Positions 26,598-33,057 of a DNA stretch of 33,057 nt are shown piece after piece. The DNA comes from a virus. Lineage: Duplodnaviria > Heunggongvirae > Uroviricota > Caudoviricetes. The position numbers were made by a program, and so were the translations under genes. The stretch spans positions 1 through 33,057 of IMG/VR virus record IMGVR_UViG_2713896897_000015, one strand, 5' to 3'. Within the stretch, counting starts at the first letter, position 1, and each line of letters begins with the position of its first letter. The notes under the pieces are model-generated. The model ran no database searches. It had not been told where the DNA came from and saw only the letters and a list, made by a program, of their open reading frames with translations.

Positions 26598-26873
26598 ATG
26601 AACAAAGAAAATGTCATTACCCTGGAAAATCCGGTCAAGCGTGGTGAGCAGGTCATCGAACAGGTCACGCTGATGAAACCTAACGCCGGGACGCTGCGCG
26701 GTGTCAGTCTGGCTGCGGTCGCGAACTCCGAAGTCGATGCACTGATTAAAGTGCTGCCGCGTATGACGGCACCGATGCTGACCGAGCAGGAGGTCGCCGC
26801 GCTGGAACTGCCTGACCTTGTGGCGCTGGCCGGTAAGGTGGTCGGTTTTTTGTCGCCGAACTCGGTGCAGTGA
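26598..26873 (+). CDS. E: Tail assembly chaperone E
   Basis: 91-aa ORF upstream of the tape-measure gene, ending just after a GGTTTTTTG slippery run. Confidence 0.9.
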   Translation: MNKENVITLENPVKRGEQVIEQVTLMKPNAGTLRGVSLAAVANSEVDALIKVLPRMTAPMLTEQEVAALELPDLVALAGKVVGFLSPNSVQ

Positions 26874-27025
26874 CGTTTCCAAAAAATCTCTCGGTCGATG
26901 ACCTGATGGCGGATGTGGCAGTGATATTTCACTGGCCGCCATCAGAACTGTATCCCATGAGCCTGACCGAACTCATCACATGGCGCGAAAAGGCGCTCCG
27001 GCGAAGTGGAAACACGAATGAGTAA
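26598..27025 (+). CDS. E+E' frameshift-extended tail assembly chaperone (programmed -1 frameshift at TTTTTTG, 26846-26852)
   Basis: Hand translation of the -1 frame from the slippery site runs open for about 58 codons (...VTFPKNLSVDDLMADVAVIFHWPPSELYPMSLTELITWREKALRRSGNTNE) to TAA at 27023-27025, overlapping the T start. This is the conserved chaperone arrangement upstream of tape-measure genes. Confidence 0.7.
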
Positions 27026-29465
27026 CAATGTAAAATTACAGGTATTGCTCAGGGCTGTTGACCAGGCATCCCGCCCGTTTAAATCCATCCGCACAGCGAG
27101 CAAGTCGCTGTCGGGGGATATCCGGGAAACACAAAAATCACTGCGCGAGCTGAACGGTCACGCATCCCGTATTGAGGGATTCCGCAAGACCAGCGCACAG
27201 CTCGCCGTGACTGGTCATGCACTTGAAAAGGCACGGCAGGAAGCCGAAGCCCTTGCCACACAGTTTAAAAATACCGAACGTCCGACCCGTGCTCAGGCGA
27301 AAGTGCTGGAATCCGCAAAGCGTGCGGCGGAGGACTTACAGGCGAAATATAACCGCCTGACGGACTCCGTTAAACGCCAGCAGCGGGAACTGGCCGCTGT
27401 GGGAATTAATACCCGCAATCTTGCACATGATGAGCAGGGACTGAAAAACCGTATCAGTGAAACCACCGCACAGCTTAACCGTCAGCGTGACGCACTGGCG
27501 CGTGTCAGTGCACAACAGGCAAAACTTAACGCAGTAAAACAGCGTTATCAGGCCGGAAAGGAACTGGCCGGAAATATGGCCTCAGTGGGCGCTGCCGGTG
27601 TGGGGATTGCGGCGGCGGGAACGATGGCCGGAGTTAAGCTGCTGATGCCCGGTTATGAGTTTGCGCAGAAAAACTCAGAATTGCAGGCTGTGCTCGGTGT
27701 GGCAAAAGACTCCGCCGAAATGGCTGCACTACGCAAGCAGGCGCGCCAGCTCGGCGACAATACCGCAGCCTCGGCAGATGATGCAGCCGGTGCGCAGATT
27801 ATTATTGCGAAAGCCGGTGGGGATGTTGATGCCATTCAGGCGGCAACGCCGGTCACGCTGAATATGGCGCTGGCGAACCGTCGCACAATGGAAGAAAACG
27901 CCGCCCTGCTGATGGGGATGAAATCCGCCTTTCAGCTTTCAAACGATAAGGTCGCTCATATCGGGGATGTTCTCTCCATGACGATGAACAAAACCGCCGC
28001 CGATTTTGACGGCATGAGCGATGCGCTGACCTATGCCGCACCTGTGGCAAAAAATGCCGGTGTCAGCATTGAAGAAACCGCCGCAATGGTCGGGGCGCTG
28101 CATGATGCAAAAATCACAGGCTCAATGGCGGGGACGGGAAGCCGTGCCGTGTTAAGCCGCCTGCAGGCACCGACGGGAAAAGCATGGGATGCACTCAAAG
28201 AGCTTGGCGTGAAAACCTCAGACAGCAAAGGAAACACCCGGCCAATATTTACCATTCTGAAAGAAATGCAGGCCAGTTTTGAGAAAAACCGGCTCGGTAC
28301 TGCCCAGCAGGCTGAATACATGAAAACTATTTTCGGGGAGGAGGCCAGCTCAGCCGCTGCCGTGCTGATGACTGCCGCCTCAACCGGAAAGCTGGACAAA
28401 CTGACCGCTGCGTTTAAAGCCTCAGACGGGAAGACTGCCGAGCTGGTAAATATCATGCAGGACAACCTCGGCGGTGACTTTAAGGAGTTTCAGTCCGCTT
28501 ATGAGGCGGTGGGGACAGACCTGTTTGACCAGCAGGAAGGCGCACTGCGTAAGCTCACACAGACGGCCACAAAGTATGTGTTAAAACTCGACGGCTGGAT
28601 CCAGAAAAACAAATCACTGGCGTCAACCATTGGCATCATTGCCGGTGGCGCGCTGGCGCTTACTGGCATCATCGGTGCAATTGGTCTTGTAGCCTGGCCG
28701 GTTATCACTGGCATCAATGCCATCATCGCGGCAGCAGGCGCAATGGGGGCAATCTTCACGACGGTTGGTAGTGCCGTTATGACGGCCATCGGGGCGATTA
28801 GCTGGCCGGTTGTGGCCGTGGTGGCTGCAATTGTCGCCGGGGCGTTGCTTATCCGTAAATACTGGGAGCCTGTCAGCGCATTCTTTGGCGGTGTGGTGGA
28901 AGGGCTGAAAGCGGCATTTGCGCCGGTGGGGGAACTGTTCACGCCACTTAAGCCGCTGTTTGACTGGCTGGGTGAAAAGTTACAGGCCGCGTGGCAGTGG
29001 TTTAAAAACCTGATTGCCCCCGTCAAAGCCACCCAGGACACCCTGAACCGTTGCCGTGACACGGGTGTCATGTTCGGGCAGGCACTGGCTGACGCGTTGA
29101 TGCTGCCGCTTAATGCGTTCAACAAACTGCGCAGCGGTATTGACTGGGTACTGGAAAAACTCGGTGTTATCAACAAAGAGTCAGACACACTTGACCAGAC
29201 CGCCGCCAGAACTCAAGCCGCCACGTATGGCAGCGGTGGTTATATTCCGGCGACCAGCTCTTATGCAGGCTATCAGGTTTATCAGCCGGTCACGGCACCG
29301 GCTGGCCGCTCTTATGTGGACCAGAGTAAAAACGAATATCACATCAGCCTGACGGGTGGTACTGCGCCGGGGACACAGCTTGACCGCCAGTTACAGGATG
29401 CGCTCGAAAAATACGAGCGGGATAAACGTGCGCGCGCCCGTGCCAGCATGATGCATGACGGTTAA
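27018..29465 (+). CDS. T: Tail tape-measure protein
   Basis: ORF 27006-29465 starts at GTG. The ATG at 27018 gives 815 aa, the P2 T length; coiled-coil N-terminus and glycine/alanine-rich hydrophobic segments. Confidence 0.93.
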   Translation: MSNNVKLQVLLRAVDQASRPFKSIRTASKSLSGDIRETQKSLRELNGHASRIEGFRKTSAQLAVTGHALEKARQEAEALATQFKNTERPTRAQAKVLESAKRAAEDLQAKYNRLTDSVKRQQRELAAVGINTRNLAHDEQGLKNRISETTAQLNRQRDALARVSAQQAKLNAVKQRYQAGKELAGNMASVGAAGVGIAAAGTMAGVKLLMPGYEFAQKNSELQAVLGVAKDSAEMAALRKQARQLGDNTAASADDAAGAQIIIAKAGGDVDAIQAATPVTLNMALANRRTMEENAALLMGMKSAFQLSNDKVAHIGDVLSMTMNKTAADFDGMSDALTYAAPVAKNAGVSIEETAAMVGALHDAKITGSMAGTGSRAVLSRLQAPTGKAWDALKELGVKTSDSKGNTRPIFTILKEMQASFEKNRLGTAQQAEYMKTIFGEEASSAAAVLMTAASTGKLDKLTAAFKASDGKTAELVNIMQDNLGGDFKEFQSAYEAVGTDLFDQQEGALRKLTQTATKYVLKLDGWIQKNKSLASTIGIIAGGALALTGIIGAIGLVAWPVITGINAIIAAAGAMGAIFTTVGSAVMTAIGAISWPVVAVVAAIVAGALLIRKYWEPVSAFFGGVVEGLKAAFAPVGELFTPLKPLFDWLGEKLQAAWQWFKNLIAPVKATQDTLNRCRDTGVMFGQALADALMLPLNAFNKLRSGIDWVLEKLGVINKESDTLDQTAARTQAATYGSGGYIPATSSYAGYQVYQPVTAPAGRSYVDQSKNEYHISLTGGTAPGTQLDRQLQDALEKYERDKRARARASMMHDG

Positions 29466-29479
29466 GGAGGTGACGAAAA

Positions 29480-29959
29480 ATGATGCTCGCGTTAGGTATG
29501 TTTGTTTTTATGCGCCAGACGCTGCCACACCAGACCATGCAGCGTGAATCAGATTATCGCTGGCCGTCAAATTCCTGTATCGGTAAACGGGATGCCTTTC
29601 AGTTTCTCGGTGTGGGTGAGGAAAACATTACGCTTGCAGGCGTGCTTTATCCCGAACTGACCGGCGGGAAGCTGACGATGACCACGCTCAGGCTGATGGC
29701 AGAGGAAGGCCGGGCGTGGCCGTTGCTGGATGGCACCGGCATGATTTACGGCATGTATGTCATCAGCAGGGTGAGTGAAACAGGGAGTATTTTCTTTGCA
29801 GACGGCACACCCAGAAAAATTGATTTTACGCTGTCGCTCACCCGCGTTGATGAATCACTGGCCACGCTTTATGGCGATATCGGTAAACAGGCGGAATCGT
29901 TCATCGGTAAGGCTGGCAGTATGGCGACCAGATTCACGGGTATGACGGGGGCGGGATAA
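29480..29959 (+). CDS. U: Tail protein U
   Basis: 159-aa ORF, P2 U length; the stop overlaps the D start. Confidence 0.9.
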   Translation: MMLALGMFVFMRQTLPHQTMQRESDYRWPSNSCIGKRDAFQFLGVGEENITLAGVLYPELTGGKLTMTTLRLMAEEGRAWPLLDGTGMIYGMYVISRVSETGSIFFADGTPRKIDFTLSLTRVDESLATLYGDIGKQAESFIGKAGSMATRFTGMTGAG

Positions 29960-31122
29960 TGCTGGATGCGCTGACATTTGATGCAGGCAGTACGCTGACG
30001 CCGGATTACATGCTGATGCTCGACAGCAGGGATATTACCGGCAATATCAGCGACCGTCTGATGAGCATGACCCTGACAGATAACCGGGGCTTTGAGGCTG
30101 ACCAGCTTGATATTGAACTGAACGATGCCGACGGGCAGGTCGGGCTGCCGGTTCGTGGCGCTGTCCTGACGGTGTATATCGGCTGGAAAGGTTTTGCCCT
30201 GGTATGCAAAGGGAAATTTACCGTTGATGAGGTTGAACACCGGGGCGCACCGGATGTGGTCACCATCCGCGCCCGGAGTGCAGATTTTCGCGGGACGCTC
30301 AATTCCCGCCGGGAAGGCTCCTGGCATGACACCACGCTCGGTGCGATTGTTGAGGCGATAGCCACCCGTAACAGGCTGGAAGCCAGTGTCGCTCCGTCAC
30401 TGGCCGGAATTAAAATCCCGCACATCGACCAGTCGCAGGAGTCCGATGTGAAATTCCTGACCCGTCTTGCTGAACGCAACGGCGGCGAGGTGTCGGTAAA
30501 AATGGGAAAACTGTTGTTTCTCAAAGCGGGGCAGGGGGTGACGGCCAGCGGTAAAAAAATCCCGCAGGTCACCATAACCCGCAGCGACGGCGACCGCCAT
30601 CATTTTGCGATTGCTGACCGTGGAGCCTATACCGGCGTAACGGCAAAGTGGTTACACACCAAAGACCCGAAACCACAAAAGCAGAAGGTAAAACTGAAAC
30701 GCAAAAAGAAAGAAAAACACCTGCGCGCACTGGAGCACCCGAAAGCAAAACCGGTCACGCAGAAGAAAGCGCCAAAAGTACCGGAAGCGCGCGAAGGTGA
30801 ATACATGGCCGGTGAGGCTGACAACGTTTTTGCCCTGACTACGGTATATGCCACGAAAGCGCAGGCCATGCGCGCCGCTCAGGCGAAGTGGGATAAACTG
30901 CAACGGGGGGTGGCGGAGTTCTCCATCAGCCTGGCTACCGGTCGGGCTGATATTTACACGGAAACGCCGGTCAGAGTGTCAGGCTTTAAGCGCGTCATAG
31001 ACGAGCAGGACTGGACAATCACTAAGGTGATACATTTTCTGAATAATAGCGGCTTCACGACGTCCTTAGAGCTTGAGGTCAGGCTTTCTGATGTGGAGTA
31101 CGAAACAGAAGATTATGAGTGA
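29959..31122 (+). CDS. D: Tail protein D (baseplate hub-like)
   Basis: 387-aa ORF, P2 D length, last tail gene before ogr. Confidence 0.93.
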   Translation: MLDALTFDAGSTLTPDYMLMLDSRDITGNISDRLMSMTLTDNRGFEADQLDIELNDADGQVGLPVRGAVLTVYIGWKGFALVCKGKFTVDEVEHRGAPDVVTIRARSADFRGTLNSRREGSWHDTTLGAIVEAIATRNRLEASVAPSLAGIKIPHIDQSQESDVKFLTRLAERNGGEVSVKMGKLLFLKAGQGVTASGKKIPQVTITRSDGDRHHFAIADRGAYTGVTAKWLHTKDPKPQKQKVKLKRKKKEKHLRALEHPKAKPVTQKKAPKVPEAREGEYMAGEADNVFALTTVYATKAQAMRAAQAKWDKLQRGVAEFSISLATGRADIYTETPVRVSGFKRVIDEQDWTITKVIHFLNNSGFTTSLELEVRLSDVEYETEDYE

Positions 31123-31203
31123 TGTCTTTTGTTTATCTGTTTGTTTTATAAGGATAAATTAACTAAAATGGCACTATCAACAAAACCGGAAGAGGTGCTC
31201 GCG

Positions 31204-31422
31204 ATGTTTCATTGTCCTTTATGCCAGCATGCCGCACATGCGCGTACAAGCCGCTATATCACTGACACGACAAAAGAGCGTTATCACCAGTGCCAGAACG
31301 TGAATTGCAGCGCCACGTTCATCACTTATGAGTCGGTACAGCGATACATCGTGAAGCCGGGAGAAGTCCACGCCGTGAGGCCGCACCCGTTGCCGTCAGG
31401 GCAGCAAATTATGTGGATGTAA
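31204..31422 (+). CDS. ogr: Late-gene transcriptional activator Ogr (C4 zinc finger)
   Basis: ORF 31129-31422. The ATG at 31204 gives 72 aa, MFHCPLCQHAAHARTSRYITDTTKERYHQCQNVNCSATF..., with the Cys4 arrangement CxxC-N22-CxxxxC and the P2 Ogr length. Confidence 0.93.
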   Translation: MFHCPLCQHAAHARTSRYITDTTKERYHQCQNVNCSATFITYESVQRYIVKPGEVHAVRPHPLPSGQQIMWM

Positions 31423-31435
31423 TTACAAACAGAAA

Positions 31436-31460
31436 GCCCCTCAGTCGAGGGGCTTTTTTT
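31436..31460 (+). terminator. Rho-independent terminator after ogr
   Basis: GCCCCTC-AGTC-GAGGGGC (7-bp perfect stem) followed by seven T residues. Confidence 0.65.
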
Positions 31461-31524
31461 GTCGATGTGGTCAATGTGTGGACGCGACCAGAAATAAATC
31501 CTTTTATTTCAATTTGTTGTACGT

Positions 31525-31551
31525 AAAAAATAAGCCCGTGTAAGGGAGATT
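31525..31551. repeat. attR core (27 bp, ogr-proximal junction), identical to the 3' end of cyaR
   Basis: AAAAAATAAGCCCGTGTAAGGGAGATT is a direct repeat of 371-397 with two mismatches. Confidence 0.7.
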
Positions 31552-31611
31552 ACACAGGCTAAGGAGGTGGTTCCTGGTACAGCTAGCATTTTATGGGTTA
31601 TGTTTTTCAGC
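31525..31611 (-). ncRNA. cyaR: CyaR (RyeE) small regulatory RNA, CRP-activated, Hfq-dependent
   Basis: The minus strand reads GCUGAAAAACAUAACCCAUAAAAUGCUAGCUGUACCAGGAACCACCUCCUUAGCCUGUGUAAUCUCCCUUACACGGGCUUAUUUUUU, which matches the enterobacterial CyaR sequence as I remember it, including the terminator hairpin and U-tail. It lies downstream of yegQ on the same strand, as in E. coli K-12. Confidence 0.8.
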
Positions 31612-31645
31612 GAAACGGATGATAACCATAATAAATGCAGCTGTA

Positions 31646-31661
31646 TGTGATCGGTTTCTAA
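31646..31661. promoter_or_regulatory. Candidate CRP-binding site of the cyaR promoter
   Basis: TGTGATCGGTTTCTAA (one good TGTGA half-site and one weak) is centred about 42 bp upstream of the inferred CyaR 5' end, the class II CRP position. CyaR is known to be CRP-dependent. Confidence 0.35.
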
Positions 31662-31695
31662 GAATTTTCCATCCGGGAAAAATAATCGAAATTAA

Positions 31696-33057
31696 TTACT
31701 TACCGTGCGGATTACGCGTGGTTTCCCCGGAGAAATTACGCATCAACAGCGCGTAATTCAGCTCAAGATCCTGCGGTACTGGGATCCACACAGTATAACC
31801 ATCGCCAGGTGCGACCGGCATTGCTTCACCTTTGGCGTTTTCCATGTGCTCAAGGGTAAAGTTAATGTTGCCTTGTGGCGTCATCAGCTCAAGGCTGTCG
31901 CCAACGGAGAATTTATTTTTCACCGCTACAGCAGCAAAGTTGCCTTTGCGCTCACCGGTAAACTCACCAACAAACTGCTGGCGATCAGAAACCGAATAAC
32001 CGTATTCGTAGTTCTGATAATCGTCGTGAGTATGGCGACGCAGGAATCCTTCGGTGTAACCACGATGCGCCAGACCTTCCAGCGTTTCCAGCAGGCTGGT
32101 ATCGAACGGTTTGCCCGCCGCCGCATCATCAATCGCTTTACGATAAACCTGCGCGGTACGTGCGCAATAGTAGAAAGATTTGGTACGGCCTTCGATTTTC
32201 AGCGAATGCACGCCCATTTTGGTCAGGCGCTCAACGTGGGCGATGGCGCGCAGATCTTTCGAGTTCATGATGTAAGTGCCGTGTTCATCTTCGAACGCGG
32301 TCATATATTCGCCCGGACGCTGGGCTTCTTCGATCATAAACACTTTATCAGTTGGCGCGCCGATCCCCAGCGTCGGTTCAACGTTTTGCACCGGAATCGG
32401 TTCGTACTTGTGTACGATGTTGCCGACGTCATCTTCTTTGCCTTCCTGTACGTTGTACTCCCAGCGGCAGGCGTTAGTGCAGGTGCCCTGGTTCGGGTCG
32501 CGTTTGTTGATATAGCCAGAGAGCAGGCAGCGACCGGAGTAGGCCATGCACAATGCGCCGTGAACGAAGATCTCAAGCTCCATATCCGGCACCTGATTAC
32601 GGATCTCTTCAATCTCTTCCAGCGACAGCTCGCGAGAGAGGATCACGCGGGTCAGGCCCATTTGCTGCCAGAATTTCACCGTTGCCCAGTTCACGGCGTT
32701 AGCCTGTACTGAGAGGTGGATCGGCATTTCAGGGAAGTGCTCACGCACCAGCATAATCAGCCCCGGATCGGACATAATCAGCGCATCCGGCCCCATTTCC
32801 ACCACCGGTTTCAGGTCACGGATAAAAGTTTTCAGCTTGGCGTTGTGCGGTGCAATATTGACCACGACATAAAACTTTTTCCCCAGAGCGTGTGCTTCAT
32901 TGATGCCGAGCTGGAGATTTTCATGGTTGAATTCATTGTTGCGCACGCGCAGGGAGTAACGCGGCTGGCCCGCATAAACAGCATCTGCGCCATAAGCGAA
33001 AGCGTAACGCATATTTTTTAGCGTTCCCGCCGGGGAAAGGAGTTCCGGTTTAAACAT
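31696..33057 (-). CDS. yegQ: U32-family peptidase-like protein YegQ (TrhP, tRNA hydroxylation protein)
   Basis: 453-aa ORF whose N-terminus MFKPELLSPAGTLKNMRYAFAYGADAVYAGQPRYSLRVRNNEF matches E. coli YegQ from memory. The start codon is the last three bases of the window. G+C and codon usage look chromosomal. Confidence 0.92.
   Translation of the reverse strand: MFKPELLSPAGTLKNMRYAFAYGADAVYAGQPRYSLRVRNNEFNHENLQLGINEAHALGKKFYVVVNIAPHNAKLKTFIRDLKPVVEMGPDALIMSDPGLIMLVREHFPEMPIHLSVQANAVNWATVKFWQQMGLTRVILSRELSLEEIEEIRNQVPDMELEIFVHGALCMAYSGRCLLSGYINKRDPNQGTCTNACRWEYNVQEGKEDDVGNIVHKYEPIPVQNVEPTLGIGAPTDKVFMIEEAQRPGEYMTAFEDEHGTYIMNSKDLRAIAHVERLTKMGVHSLKIEGRTKSFYYCARTAQVYRKAIDDAAAGKPFDTSLLETLEGLAHRGYTEGFLRRHTHDDYQNYEYGYSVSDRQQFVGEFTGERKGNFAAVAVKNKFSVGDSLELMTPQGNINFTLEHMENAKGEAMPVAPGDGYTVWIPVPQDLELNYALLMRNFSGETTRNPHGK

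Larger units (their letters stand above)
371..31551. mobile_element. Complete P2-like prophage (Peduovirus-type), integrated at the 3' end of cyaR
   Basis: Full P2 gene complement in P2 order with matching protein lengths (Int 337, C 99, Cox 91, A 761, Q 344, P 590, O 284, N 357, M 247, FI 396, FII 172, D 387, Ogr 72), bounded by 27-bp direct repeats at 371-397 and 31525-31551. Confidence 0.9.

Noticed and set aside
28499-29188. 229-aa minus-strand ORF inside tape-measure gene T, and similar antisense ORFs in N, M, D and yegQ (for example 14603-15202, 30006-30575, 31705-32712)
   Set aside because: Antisense to strongly supported genes; low-complexity Ala/Ser/Thr/Pro-rich translations characteristic of shadow frames.
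1-33057. CRISPR arrays, tRNA or rRNA genes, toxin-antitoxin pairs
   Set aside because: No regularly spaced short direct repeats, no tRNA-like cloverleaf candidates at the att sites (the target is the cyaR sRNA gene, not a tRNA gene), and no small paired ORFs with toxin-antitoxin character were seen.

Overview
This window is almost entirely one complete P2-like temperate prophage (about 371-31551), flanked on the right by the sRNA gene cyaR and the chromosomal gene yegQ, and on the left by a short degraded flank with an IS3-family transposase remnant. The prophage is bounded by a 27-bp att core at each end, and the right core coincides with the 3' terminator end of cyaR. Gene order is collinear with P2: int, C, cox, B, four small early ORFs, A, cos, Q, P, O, N, M, L, X, Y, K, lysA, lysB, lysC, R, S, V, W, J, I, H, G, FI, FII, E/E', T, U, D, ogr. 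Two accessory insertions stand out. The first, and the main candidate for an undescribed system, is a visibly AT-rich two-gene cassette between gene A and cos (about 6335-9297), where P2 itself carries orf91, tin and old. It encodes a roughly 500-aa ParB/Srx-domain protein followed by a Dam-family N6-adenine methyltransferase. The second is a Mu G-segment-like invertible tail-fibre switch (crossover sites 22262-22287 and 24086-24111) with a Gin/Hin/Pin-family serine invertase at 24161-24760, at the P2 Z/fun position. All calls come from reading the sequence and the supplied ORF translations against remembered protein families; no database search or computation was run, and G+C contrasts are estimated by eye. 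Several ORF-track starts are TTG/GTG extensions and have been trimmed to the ATG that has a ribosome-binding site and gives the P2 protein length.
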